From an uncultured Lentisphaerota bacterium (GTDB lineage Bacteria > Verrucomicrobiota > Kiritimatiellia > CAIQIC01): 64,000 nucleotides of DNA. Shown here piece by piece: positions 8,141 to 17,807 of the stretch. Location: positions 36,329 through 100,328 of the forward strand of contig CAIWHP010000218.1 in the NCBI GenBank assembly GCA_903912445.1. The letters are read 5' to 3'. A model generated the notes under the pieces. The model was given only the letters and a program-made list of their open reading frames with translations. It had not been told where the DNA came from and did no database searches. Position 1 is the stretch's first letter. Each line of letters opens with the position of its first letter. A program made the translations under genes and the position numbers.

Positions 8141-8914
8141 GTGCTTTTCTTCTCCCAGCTTCAGCCTCCAACCCGGATGTCATACATGAACACACCCATG
8201 CAGCCCAGCCTCGAGGGACAGCCCGCACAGCGGGTGGACGTGGTCGTCCCCGTGCTGAACGAGCGGGAGATGCTCCCCCGTTTCCTCAGCCGTATTCAGG
8301 CCCTCGACTTGCCTCTAAACCTGATTTTCGTGGATAACGGTTCCACGGACGGGACCTTGGAGTTTCTGGCCTTGCAACAGGGCGCGAAGGCGGACATCCA
8401 GATCATTGCGCACGGGCGCAATATGGGCTACGGGCGCTCCTTGGCGGACGGGTTACGGGCCTCAACCGCCGCGCGGGTCATCATCATTGACGCCGACTGT
8501 GAATATCCTCCCGAGGCCCTTCCGGACCTATTGGCTGCGCTCGAGCTTTCCCCGATGGTGTATGCAAGCCGTTTCCGAGGCGCCAAGCGCATCGCCATGG
8601 CCCCCTTTCGCCGGTGGGGTAACCGCGGGCTGACAGGCTTTTTTAATTTGCTCTATGGTCAGCACCTTACCGACCTGTACACCGGCATGAAGGCGCTACG
8701 TCGAACCGCCTTCGAAGGTCTGACCTTTACCCGGAACGGTTTTGAACATGTGATGGAGTTGTCGGCCAAAGTGGCCCGGCGCGGGGTGCGGATCGGCGAG
8801 GTGCCGGTGGCCTATGCCCCACGCCAGACCGGCCGTTCCAAAATGCGGCATATCCCCGAATTCCTCAAGGCCGTGTACTGCCTGCTTTACTACCGGAGGA
8901 GCCGCCATGAATGA
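8141..8914 (+). CDS. GT2 family glycosyltransferase, polyprenyl-phosphate sugar synthase-like (DPM synthase / ArnC-like)
   Basis: QRVDVVVPVLNEREMLPRFLSRIQALDLPLNLIFVDNGSTDGT is a GT-A/GT2 N-terminal signature; ~245 aa, no TM, like DPM1/ArnC. True start uncertain (M at 8141, 8177, 8186 or 8198). Confidence 0.75.
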   Translation: MLFFSQLQPPTRMSYMNTPMQPSLEGQPAQRVDVVVPVLNEREMLPRFLSRIQALDLPLNLIFVDNGSTDGTLEFLALQQGAKADIQIIAHGRNMGYGRSLADGLRASTAARVIIIDADCEYPPEALPDLLAALELSPMVYASRFRGAKRIAMAPFRRWGNRGLTGFFNLLYGQHLTDLYTGMKALRRTAFEGLTFTRNGFEHVMELSAKVARRGVRIGEVPVAYAPRQTGRSKMRHIPEFLKAVYCLLYYRRSRHE

Positions 8915-10349
8915 ACGCGTCAGTTTGATTCCTGCCGCCGGTAAAGGTACCCGGGCTTACCCCTATACCAAGAACATCCCCAAAGGACTGCTCAAGATTG
9001 CCGGCAAACCGCTGCTGGAACATCTGGTGATATTGCAGAGGGACCAGTTGCGGATTCAGCACATCTATATGGTGGTGGGAACCACCGGGCAGCAGATCCG
9101 CGACTATTTCGGGGACGGGAGCCGCTGGGGCGTCCGAATTGATTATCTGCAAAACGATCGCGTCGATCTGGGCTTGGCCTATTCCGTCTACTTGGGCGCG
9201 GCGGTCATCCGGGAGCCGTTCCTCTTGATGCTCTCGGACGAATATTATCAGGACACGAACCTCGCCCTGCTGTCAGAGGTTACCCTGCAACAAGACGAAT
9301 TGGGCTGCTGCAGCTTAATCGAAACGCAGGACTGGGATCGCATCCGCCGAAACTACACGGTGACCTTGGAGGATGGTCGCGTCACCCGCCTGCTGGAAAA
9401 ACCCCGGGAACGTCAAGGCGACCTGCTGGGAACCGGGACGTTTCTGCTGTCCCCCAAGATTTTTGACTACCTCAAGCGGGCTTTCTCAGAGCCCTCTGCC
9501 CGGCCCGACTTTATCGGCATGGTGGACCAAGCCGTCCGCACCGGGGAGATCCTCCGCCCGCTGATGCTCACCGGCCAGTACCTCAACATCAACGACGTGG
9601 ACAGCCTGAACTGGGCCAATTTTTTAGGCCGCAGCCGCGATTTACCCAAGGCCAGCCTCAGTGTCATCGTCCAATCCTTTGGGATTGAGGAAGGGCTTTC
9701 CCGCGTCGTGGCGGAGTTCCACGCCTTGCCCCGCGTCACGGAAATCCTGGTGGTGGTGCCGGCCGGAGCTGTCCGTCCCGCATGGATCGATGGCCTTGAA
9801 AAAGCACGCTGGGTGGAGGCCCCGGCAGGGGTTAAGGAATACGGGGGCTTGATTGCCTACGGTCTTGATCAGGCCCGGGGAGAGATTCTTACGGTGGCAG
9901 AAGGAGCCTATTCCTTTTTCCCCGGAGATCTTTCCAAGTTGCTGGCCTATTTGGCCGACGCCGACCTGGTCTTGGGCACACGGACCACGCGCCAGTTGAT
10001 CCAGCAGGGCTCCCGCATGAACGGCGTGGTACGCTTGGCCCATATTTTTCTGGCTATACTGATCGAAATCCTCTGGCTCGACCACCGCATCCGTTTGACC
10101 GATGTGGGTTGTACTTTTCGCGCCATCTGGCGGCACAGCTACTTGGACATCCGGGACCGCTTGAAAAGCGCCGGCCCAGAATATGTCTTGGAAATGGATA
10201 TCGAGACGTTGCGGGCAAGGAAACGCTTGATCGAAGTCCCGGTCAGTTTCCTGCATACGAACGAAGCTCTGGCCGAACGGCATCAGCATGCAAGTGTGTT
10301 TTTCAGGCTGTTGTGGACGATTATCTCTAAACGCTTGGGGCGTGACTAG
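8907..10349 (+). CDS. bifunctional sugar-1-phosphate nucleotidyltransferase (N-term) / GT2 glycosyltransferase (C-term)
   Basis: ATG at 8907 (aa 32 of ORF 8814). N-terminus MNERVSLIPAAGKGTRAYPYTKNIPKGLLKIAGKPLLEH is an NTP-transferase (RmlA/GlmU-like) signature. C-terminal half SVIVQSFGIEEGL...VVVPAGA... is a GT2-like fold. Start overlaps upstream gene by 8 nt. Confidence 0.7.
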   Translation: MNERVSLIPAAGKGTRAYPYTKNIPKGLLKIAGKPLLEHLVILQRDQLRIQHIYMVVGTTGQQIRDYFGDGSRWGVRIDYLQNDRVDLGLAYSVYLGAAVIREPFLLMLSDEYYQDTNLALLSEVTLQQDELGCCSLIETQDWDRIRRNYTVTLEDGRVTRLLEKPRERQGDLLGTGTFLLSPKIFDYLKRAFSEPSARPDFIGMVDQAVRTGEILRPLMLTGQYLNINDVDSLNWANFLGRSRDLPKASLSVIVQSFGIEEGLSRVVAEFHALPRVTEILVVVPAGAVRPAWIDGLEKARWVEAPAGVKEYGGLIAYGLDQARGEILTVAEGAYSFFPGDLSKLLAYLADADLVLGTRTTRQLIQQGSRMNGVVRLAHIFLAILIEILWLDHRIRLTDVGCTFRAIWRHSYLDIRDRLKSAGPEYVLEMDIETLRARKRLIEVPVSFLHTNEALAERHQHASVFFRLLWTIISKRLGRD

Positions 10350-10376
10350 CCCCGACCTAGTTTGCCCGTGTATATC

Positions 10377-10742
10377 ATGAAAAATATTGGCAAGAAACAA
10401 GACGGGATGCGCAGGATGAATAAGCCCACAAGCGACAGGCGCGTTAAAGGCAGGTCAACTTTCGCAAGAAAGCCGGCCTCCAAAAGGCAAGGCGCGAACA
10501 CGTTTGCCCTTCTCTATAACCGGCTGAAAAAAAATATCGTGGCTGTTGAACACGACCGGAGGAATTTTGGCGACAAGGTTTTTATTCTCCGTTTTTGGCG
10601 CAAACTCGCGGTGTTATTAAAAGATGTTCAGCAGCTTCGTACGCTGGCGAAGACAGCCGACGAAAGAAAACAGATAAAGACGATGAGGAATTCTATCGAT
10701 CTTCGAATGACAGCTGCCCTCTTATCCATCACAGCTTTTTGA
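10377..10742 (+). CDS. hypothetical small basic protein in low-GC island
   Basis: ATG at aa 6 of TTG-initiated track ORF 10362; region 10360-10750 is markedly AT-richer than surroundings; no recognisable domain; could be non-coding. Confidence 0.3.
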   Translation: MKNIGKKQDGMRRMNKPTSDRRVKGRSTFARKPASKRQGANTFALLYNRLKKNIVAVEHDRRNFGDKVFILRFWRKLAVLLKDVQQLRTLAKTADERKQIKTMRNSIDLRMTAALLSITAF

Positions 10743-10930
10743 GGCCGGAGCGACAGGGCTGCATCCTTGCAGGCGCGCCCGCTCAACCGGGATGGCGTTG
10801 GACAATCACGACAAGGCAGGCGGCACAGGGCAGGAGCAGCACAAGCCCCCGCCGCCGCGACACTAGCCAGATGAAAACAGGCCCAGCATCACGCACCCGT
10901 CGAGGCGCGGGCTTTTCATGCGTATAAAAG

Positions 10931-11743
10931 TCAGGGTCGCTTGCGCAGGTAGGGTGCAGCCAACAGGCTGAACTCGGGAATGCCCCCGCCGCCCCACTGT
11001 ATACACAGGGCAGCCGAGCGGCTGTGCCGGGCATAATGTTCCACCCGCAGCGGATGCATCCCCGCGGTCAGCGGGACCTTCACCGTCCGCAGACTGTTGG
11101 TCCACGGCTGATCATGCCAGTTGTCGAGCACGCAGCGCTCATCGAGATACAGCCGCAGGCCCTCCTGGCTCTGGCAGGTGAAGCTGTACTCGGCGGTCTG
11201 CGGCGCCTGCAGCCAGCCGGTCCAGCGGGAGGAGAAATCGCCCTTGCCAAACCACCACGGCAGCGGGTGCTCATCCGGTTCGGCCAGCAAAGCCATCGCG
11301 TAGCTATACCAAGCGACCTCGGTAAGGTTGGCCTCCCGATAATAGGTGATCAACAGACCTTCAGGCTGTGACCACCGCCGGAACTCGCCGACGGCCATGG
11401 TGACGAACAGCGCTCCGGCAATGGCCAGCAGATAGGAGGCCGCCCGCCAGCGTGCCCGCCGGCGCAGCGCAGGCGGACAGCGGGCGTAGAGTGCGGCCGC
11501 CAGCTGCTCGGCATATCGGCGCAGCGCCCGCCCCTGTATGTCCAAGGCATCCGGCGTCACCGCGGCCACGTGGGCGGGGGGCGGCGCGAGTTGCAGGCTG
11601 GCGGCCACCTGCACCAACCGTGTGTGCGCCTGCGCCAGCGCGCTCTGCCCGGCGGCCAGTCCGGTCGTCGTCAGTGCGCGGGACAGGTCACGGGCCGCGC
11701 CGTGAATTTTTCCCCGCAAATCCCGATAGAGTTCTGCATCCAT
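10931..11743 (-). CDS. single-pass membrane protein with C-terminal PA14 domain
   Basis: ATG at 11743 (aa 31 of ORF ..11833). TM helix ASYLLAIAGALFVTMAV, then PA14-like domain (GWLQAPQTAEYSFTCQSQEGLRLYLDERCVLDNW ... WGGGGIPEFSLLAAPYLRKRP). Strongly similar to the C-terminal 190 aa of ORF 22088..24112. Confidence 0.7.
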   Translation of the reverse strand: MDAELYRDLRGKIHGAARDLSRALTTTGLAAGQSALAQAHTRLVQVAASLQLAPPPAHVAAVTPDALDIQGRALRRYAEQLAAALYARCPPALRRRARWRAASYLLAIAGALFVTMAVGEFRRWSQPEGLLITYYREANLTEVAWYSYAMALLAEPDEHPLPWWFGKGDFSSRWTGWLQAPQTAEYSFTCQSQEGLRLYLDERCVLDNWHDQPWTNSLRTVKVPLTAGMHPLRVEHYARHSRSAALCIQWGGGGIPEFSLLAAPYLRKRP

Positions 11744-11756
11744 GGTATCGGAGTGC

Positions 11757-12863
11757 CTATAAGAGTGAACGCAGCCAGGACCAGGCGTCCCAAGCATTCT
11801 GGCCCGGATGCACCACCTGCCCCAGCCATACATAGTAGGTGGGCGAAAACGAGGCGATGAGGGCGATGAGCATCAACACGCGCTCGAACTGCGCCCGCAG
11901 CCGCGGCCCCGCCTCGTCCGCCTTTTGCAGCGCGTGGACCAGGCCGTGCCACGCGGGGGCCCAGGCGAGCAGCGCAAACACGCGGGTGGTATCGAGACAG
12001 AAAAAAGTGATGCCGTAGAAGAGGGCCAGCAGGCCGAGCAGGCACCACGCATAACCGCGGTCGAGACGCAGCAGGATGGCCACGCTGCCGGCGAGCGCAA
12101 ACCAGCCCATATTCTGCAGGGAAAAGAGGGCCACCGGCAGGTGCTCCAGGTTGTACTTGATCCAATAGAGTAAATTGCGCTCACCGACAAATTCGGCGCG
12201 CGAAACCACCTCGATGCTGTTGATGTGCAGGAACACCCGGACGGCGAGCCAGCCGGCGAGGACGCCGAGCGTGGCCAGCGCCACATGGAGCCAGGTCACG
12301 CCGCTGTCGCGCGCCCGCCAGCGCAGCAGCCACAGGCCGGGCACGGCAAACATGACGATGGGATGGTTATAGGAGCCCAAGGCGGCGAGCAGGAACACCA
12401 CCCACCCCTGCCGGACGTACAGCATCAAGGCGAGCACCAGGAAGGTGATCGCGTCCGGCATCCCGATCCACGAGAGCAAGACCATGGTCAGCGGGCTGGC
12501 CAACAGGAGTGCCAGCAGGAGCAGGGCCCAGAGCGCCCCATAGCGCCGGCGGGCCGCGCGCACGAGGTAGAGAAAGCCGGCCAGGATGACGGAGAAACAC
12601 AGGAGACCAAAGGGTGCCGGCGCCTGCCAGCCGGTCAGATGCGCCAGCACGGGCAGCAGCGGAGATTCTTGGAAATAATTTTCGCGGTGGATGTCGGTAC
12701 GCTGCGCATAGGGATTCTTGGCCAGCTCGCGATAAAATTCCCGCGGCACCACGCCGAGACCACAGTAGAGGATGGTGGCCACCACCAGCAGCGCCAGCAC
12801 CAGGTAAAAATGCTGCCGCACACAGCGGCGCACCCACGCCTCAAGTTGATCAAAGATGGTCAT
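11757..12863 (-). CDS. polytopic integral membrane protein (9-10 TM), unknown family
   Basis: ATG at 12863 (aa 12 of ORF ..12896); hydrophobic throughout; stop 14 bp before the PA14 gene start, so the two are likely co-transcribed. Confidence 0.6.
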   Translation of the reverse strand: MTIFDQLEAWVRRCVRQHFYLVLALLVVATILYCGLGVVPREFYRELAKNPYAQRTDIHRENYFQESPLLPVLAHLTGWQAPAPFGLLCFSVILAGFLYLVRAARRRYGALWALLLLALLLASPLTMVLLSWIGMPDAITFLVLALMLYVRQGWVVFLLAALGSYNHPIVMFAVPGLWLLRWRARDSGVTWLHVALATLGVLAGWLAVRVFLHINSIEVVSRAEFVGERNLLYWIKYNLEHLPVALFSLQNMGWFALAGSVAILLRLDRGYAWCLLGLLALFYGITFFCLDTTRVFALLAWAPAWHGLVHALQKADEAGPRLRAQFERVLMLIALIASFSPTYYVWLGQVVHPGQNAWDAWSWLRSLL

Positions 12864-13135
12864 CGCCCGGTCACCAGCCGACACGCCCCGGCCCAACCAT
12901 GCGCCGCGGAGCGGGAAGCATACGACGCATGGAGTTAAGCAGGATGCGTACCGGGCGTCACGCGCTTAATTATGCCGTCCCGGATGCCTTATTACGGAGA
13001 AACCGGCGGCGCGTGGGCCGGCGGGCGGCCTGCCGGCGCCGAGGCGCGCCGCGGCCTGTCAGTTTCATGGGCAGGCTTTCCTATTGACAACGCAATTTAT
13101 TTATTTACAGTTGCCGCCCGTACTTGGATGACAAT

Positions 13136-13885
13136 ATGAAAAACTACATTAAAACTGCCGTGGTTATGTTGACCCTCATGTTGCAGGCCGGCGTCTGTGG
13201 TCGCGCGGCCGAACCGGCCGGCCAAAAGCCTGACTGGATCACGGGCCACTTGGAAATCGGCACCCGGACCACCTATTTCCAGCTTCAGGATCAGCATCGG
13301 GATTTCCTGGGTGGTGACCGGTTTTATGGCAGCATCAATGAACTCGATGTCCAGCAGATCTATCTGCCCCTGAAAGTATTCGTCGCCTATAAAGTTAACC
13401 CCTATTGGGGCGTTGAACTGACCGCGGAAAAATTGTCCGTTGAAACCTGGTCGCGTCCGAACCCGCAGGACGCCCCCCCCTGGACGGACGGGACGATCAA
13501 TCTCATGGGCCCCGTCTTCAGCGTGTTCGCCCGCTATCCCAATTCCACCCGGCTCACGCCCTATGCGGGAGTTGGCGCGGCCTATTTCTTTGCCGACTTC
13601 GATGCTGACCCGGCGTGGCATCACCCGGCGGATAAAAGGGAGTATGATCCGACTTTTTATCAGGACTTCAAACTGGATAATTCGCTCGCGTGGCTTGGTT
13701 ATGTCGGCCTGATGATCAACCTGAACGACAACTGGGCGCTTGATTTTATGGCCCGCTACATGGCCATGGATGTAGACGGCGTCACGCTTACCAAGCACGG
13801 TGGTAGTGACTACTATGAGAACGGAACTTTCACATTCCCCATGAAGAACATTTCCTATGGCGTGGGCCTCCGCTATATGTTTTGA
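13136..13885 (+). CDS. outer-membrane beta-barrel protein (OmpW/OmpA-like fold)
   Basis: ATG at 13136 with signal peptide MKNYIKTAVVMLTLMLQAGVCG; alternating hydrophobic pattern and C-terminal ...YGVGLRYMF typical of OM beta-barrels. Confidence 0.65.
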   Translation: MKNYIKTAVVMLTLMLQAGVCGRAAEPAGQKPDWITGHLEIGTRTTYFQLQDQHRDFLGGDRFYGSINELDVQQIYLPLKVFVAYKVNPYWGVELTAEKLSVETWSRPNPQDAPPWTDGTINLMGPVFSVFARYPNSTRLTPYAGVGAAYFFADFDADPAWHHPADKREYDPTFYQDFKLDNSLAWLGYVGLMINLNDNWALDFMARYMAMDVDGVTLTKHGGSDYYENGTFTFPMKNISYGVGLRYMF

Positions 13886-14046
13886 TCACCACCCCGCGCG
13901 CTGCACGGCGGCAGTTCCTCTTTATGTCGAACGTGGCCCATGCCTCCCAACGCTTGGAATTGCTGACCAGGTTCGCGGTCCCCGCTAGCACAAGGGCTGC
14001 AACGCCCACGCCTGTCATCAGCTCGCCCTAGCCGAAGCCGTCGCTC

Positions 14047-16002
14047 ATGAGCGCCACCGTTGCTGAGCCACTCGCCCCGGCCTCCGATTCTGCCCCGGAA
14101 AAGCATTGCTATAGATGGCTGCTGCTCGGAGTGGGCCTGTGCGCCAGCGTGCTCGCCTGGGCCTCCTTGAAGCGGCACTGGAACCTGGCTTCGGCCGAGG
14201 ATCTGGCGATGTTCGACCAGATGCTCTGGAGCGTGCGGCAAGGGCAGGGCCTGCTGTGTTCGGTCAGCGGCAATGGCAACCTTCAGTTTCTGCATCATTT
14301 TTTTGGCGAACATGTCTCGCCCATCCTCTATCTGCTGGCCTGGCCCGCTGCGCTGACGCAAGGCCCCGAGGCCTTGCTCGTCTTTCAAGCGCTGGTTTTC
14401 GCTTTGGCGGCCCTGCCACTTTATCGGTTGGTCTTGCTGCTGACGGCCTCCGGGCGCATCGCCCTCGGCGCAGCCGTGGGTTGGCTGTTCCAACCGGCCC
14501 TCTGGGGCGCGGTCCTATATGATTTCCACATGGAAGCCTTCGAGGCTTTGTTCCTCTTCAGCTTTGCCTTGGCGCTGTGGCGGAATCGTTGGACAGCGGT
14601 GCTCTGGGCCGTGCTCTACGCGAGTTGCAAGGAGGATGCGCCGCTCTACCTGGCGGCGGTCGCTGTGTTGCTCGGCTGGAAAGCCAACCGCTGGCGCATC
14701 GGCTTGGTTGTGGCCATCGGGGCGCTGCTCTATTTCCTGGCGGCCGTGCTGTGGATTGGGCCGGCCTGCTCGCCCTCGGGGCAACATCTGCTGATCGGCA
14801 GGATGCTCACCCCCAAGAACTGCGGCGGGCTGTGGGCCTGGTTGCAGGCCGTGCCGCTGCACCCCACCCGGTGGCTGGCGCTCACCGGGCACCTGCTCGC
14901 CTTGGGACTGCTGCCGGTGCTGGGCGGCCGGCTGCTCATTCCGGCGGCCATGGCAGTGGGCGTGATGTGGATTGCCCGCGGAGAAGCCCAGGCGCTGATC
15001 CTCATCCACTACCCCCTGACCGTCTACCCGTTGCTGGCCTTGGCGGCCGTGGCCGGGCTCGCGCGCATCGTTAACAGTGGCCCGCTGCGTCGGCATCCGG
15101 CCTGTCGCCGGCTGGCCCTGCCGGGCCTCTGCGGCGTCGTGCTCTTGGGCTGGGTGCTGGCGTGGGGCGGACAGCTCGAAAGCATCCGGTCCCTGGGGCT
15201 GGGCCGCGAGGACGGGGGGCTGGCCAGAAGTCGCGCCCTCACCGCCGTGGTGGCGCGCATCCCCGCAGAGCAGCCCGTGTTCGCCTTGCCGACCCTTGCG
15301 GCACATATGGCCCGCCGGCAAACGCTCAATTTGCTGGATGGCTTCCACGAGGCCGACTGGCTGGTCCTCCGGCTGGACGGCCAAGGCTATCCCTATGATC
15401 CGACGGCCTATCACGCCTGGCTGAATCGGCTGCTCGGCGCCAGTTCGCCCTATGGGGTCTACGCTATTGCCAGCGACCAGGTGGTGGTCTTGCGCCGCGG
15501 CCATTCCCGCGCGCTCAATGTAAAGGCCCAGTCGTATGATCGGTTCCTGGAGGCAGAAACACTCAACCACAAAATCGGCCATGGCGCCTTTGACTTCGCC
15601 GCGCGGACCGGCGTGGCCTGGGAGGCCAGTCGTTATGACCGCCAAGATTATATGCTGTTCGGTCCCTATCCCGACCTGGATTTTCCGCGGGGGCGCTATC
15701 TCGTCGGCTTTCGCATCAAAGCCGAAAAAATAAAGACGTCCAACCCGGTCACCCTGGAAGTGACCGGACAACACGGCCGCGTGTTACACGGCAAAATCAT
15801 TTTGGACCGGCCTACCCGTGGCTATCAGTGGCTGGACATGGAGGTGGACAGCACGGGCGGCAGCTTCGAATTCCGCTGCTGGAAGTCTGGTTACGGCAAC
15901 GTCCGGCTGGACGCGGTGCGCTGGCACCTGATGGACTCAAACCAAGCGCCCCATGCGCCGGGAGGCGGGGGCTGCCTGCCAGGCAACCCCGGCACCCTCT
16001 GA
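14047..16002 (+). CDS. DUF2079-family polytopic membrane protein (putative GT-C-like glycosyltransferase) with C-terminal beta-sandwich-like domain
   Basis: N-terminal membrane region ...HHFFGEHVSPILYLLAWP... matches the DUF2079 signature; ~10 TM; C-terminal ~150 aa soluble domain (FGPYPDLDFPRGRYLVGFRIKAEK...) resembles the C-termini of 6140, 16090 and 18052 products. Confidence 0.65.
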   Translation: MSATVAEPLAPASDSAPEKHCYRWLLLGVGLCASVLAWASLKRHWNLASAEDLAMFDQMLWSVRQGQGLLCSVSGNGNLQFLHHFFGEHVSPILYLLAWPAALTQGPEALLVFQALVFALAALPLYRLVLLLTASGRIALGAAVGWLFQPALWGAVLYDFHMEAFEALFLFSFALALWRNRWTAVLWAVLYASCKEDAPLYLAAVAVLLGWKANRWRIGLVVAIGALLYFLAAVLWIGPACSPSGQHLLIGRMLTPKNCGGLWAWLQAVPLHPTRWLALTGHLLALGLLPVLGGRLLIPAAMAVGVMWIARGEAQALILIHYPLTVYPLLALAAVAGLARIVNSGPLRRHPACRRLALPGLCGVVLLGWVLAWGGQLESIRSLGLGREDGGLARSRALTAVVARIPAEQPVFALPTLAAHMARRQTLNLLDGFHEADWLVLRLDGQGYPYDPTAYHAWLNRLLGASSPYGVYAIASDQVVVLRRGHSRALNVKAQSYDRFLEAETLNHKIGHGAFDFAARTGVAWEASRYDRQDYMLFGPYPDLDFPRGRYLVGFRIKAEKIKTSNPVTLEVTGQHGRVLHGKIILDRPTRGYQWLDMEVDSTGGSFEFRCWKSGYGNVRLDAVRWHLMDSNQAPHAPGGGGCLPGNPGTL

Positions 16003-16089
16003 TGGAGTCCCTCTCAGAGGGCGAAACGGGGAAGCCAGCCCTTGGGTTGCCAAGCGATGCGCTAATGGTGCATAATTTTGTCAGGGCCG

Positions 16090-17481
16090 ATGGCCAAGGA
16101 CGGGATTAGCGGCGATCAGGAGGTACTTGTGGATGTGAAGGACAACTTAGCGCAGCGGTGGCGCAGCAGGCTGTTTGCCGCCTGTTTCAGCCTGATCTCC
16201 GTGCTGCTGGCGATGTACGCGTCCGAGCTGCTGCTGCGCCGGATGGCCGCCAAGCAGGGCTGGGACAAATGGGTATACACGACCAACGAGCAAGGGAACC
16301 GCGGACCGGTGGCCGACGGACCCAAACGTCCGGGGATCAGCAGGATTCTGGTGCATGGCGACTCCATCACCTACGGGGTCGGCGTTAGCGATTACAGGGA
16401 GCTCTACCCCTTTCAACTCCTGGCCCGACTCAACAAGACTGGCGAGAAGTATGAAATGCACAGCAGCGGCGTGCCCGGGCGGGAATTGAACGGGCAGGCC
16501 CGCCTGCTGGAAGAAAGCGCCGCCAAGCTGAGCCCCGACCTGATCATCTACCAATGGTTTGTCAACGACGTTGAACTGACCCATGAGAACCGTCCGGAAA
16601 GCCGCTCCACGCTGTGGAGGCGGCTGCCCTGTCACGCCGACCTTAAACGCCGCTCCTACCTCTACTGCCTGTTAGATGAAAGGCTGGCCGGTTGGCTGCC
16701 CGCCTTCAATCGTTCCTATGAACAATACTTGCTGGAGGATTATGCCGAAAAAAGCCGGACCGGCTATTGGTATCCGGTCCGCTACGAGTTCCATCGGTGG
16801 GCCACGCGGGCGACCCTGACCGCCAAACGAAACATCCTGATGCTCTATCCGCTGCTCCCGTTTAAAGGTGAATATCCCCTGCGCTCGTTGCATCAGCGCA
16901 TGGCGGAGATGGCCGGCCGCAGCATTTTCTCCATGCCGGCTTACGAGATGCATATGAAAGACGGGGACAATGTCGAGGATAAAGACTCCACCTATGGCGT
17001 GACGCGCAAAGCCAGCGCCGGCCTGACCCAGACCAACTGCTTTCTCGTGCATGGCCCCTATCTGCCTCTGGGGCCGGGCAACTACGCGGCCACCTTCCGC
17101 CTGAAGGCCGACACGTTTCAGGCTGGTCCCGTGGCCAAGCTGGACGTGGTCTGCGACGAGACGGCCACGACCCTGGCCCAGACGGTTAAAGGCAGCGAGG
17201 ACTTTGCCGCCACCAACAGCTGGCAGGACTTCACCATACCCTTTTCCGTGTCGAAGGCTTGGATCGGCGACATTGAATTCCGTGTCACGTACTTGGGGAA
17301 TGGCAATCTGTCCGTTGATTCGATCCGGTTGCCCACGCAGTACAATGTCGAAGTGCTGGATTTAACGCCCCACCTCAAGGACATGGACACGTGGGCCAGC
17401 CCCACCGACGGCCATCCCAACGCCAAAACACACAAAGCAATGGCCGAGCTCCTTTATCGTCACATCTCGCGGGAGCCGTGA
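16090..17481 (+). CDS. membrane-anchored SGNH/GDSL hydrolase with C-terminal beta-sandwich-like domain
   Basis: ATG at 16090 (aa 5 of TTG ORF 16078); N-terminal TM helix; SGNH block I ILVHGDSITYGVG; C-terminal HGPYLPLGPGNYAATFRLKAD... similar to the module in neighbouring GT-C proteins. Confidence 0.7.
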   Translation: MAKDGISGDQEVLVDVKDNLAQRWRSRLFAACFSLISVLLAMYASELLLRRMAAKQGWDKWVYTTNEQGNRGPVADGPKRPGISRILVHGDSITYGVGVSDYRELYPFQLLARLNKTGEKYEMHSSGVPGRELNGQARLLEESAAKLSPDLIIYQWFVNDVELTHENRPESRSTLWRRLPCHADLKRRSYLYCLLDERLAGWLPAFNRSYEQYLLEDYAEKSRTGYWYPVRYEFHRWATRATLTAKRNILMLYPLLPFKGEYPLRSLHQRMAEMAGRSIFSMPAYEMHMKDGDNVEDKDSTYGVTRKASAGLTQTNCFLVHGPYLPLGPGNYAATFRLKADTFQAGPVAKLDVVCDETATTLAQTVKGSEDFAATNSWQDFTIPFSVSKAWIGDIEFRVTYLGNGNLSVDSIRLPTQYNVEVLDLTPHLKDMDTWASPTDGHPNAKTHKAMAELLYRHISREP

Positions 17482-17562
17482 CGCCCGCCTCCCTCCAAGG
17501 GGCAGGCAGGACACCCTGCGCTGGCGGAGGCGTGTATGAGCGGCGCCTGCAGGCCCGGTGTC

Positions 17563-17591
17563 TTGACGAAAGGATTTCAATATAGTAGTAA
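17563..17591 (+). promoter_or_regulatory. weak sigma70-like promoter candidate in AT-rich intergenic island upstream of DUF5989 gene
   Basis: TTGACG (17563-17568), 17-bp spacer, TAGTAA (17586-17591); prediction only. Confidence 0.2.
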
Positions 17592-17807
17592 AATGGCGTG
17601 TTAAAGCATCTGCGCCAACAGCAAAAACAACAGAAGGCTTTCGCCTGTTGAGCTGTAACCAGCTGCGGCGCAGGGCACCTGGGCGGGGCAGGCTCTTCCG
17701 GCTCCCAGAGGAGTTGGCGGCGGCCGGCGCGGTGGTGAGGGTGTGGTGCAGAAGCTGTTCGGGTCTTTTTCGGGCAAGTTAAAGCTGGAATTCGCGGGAG
17801 GCTGCAC

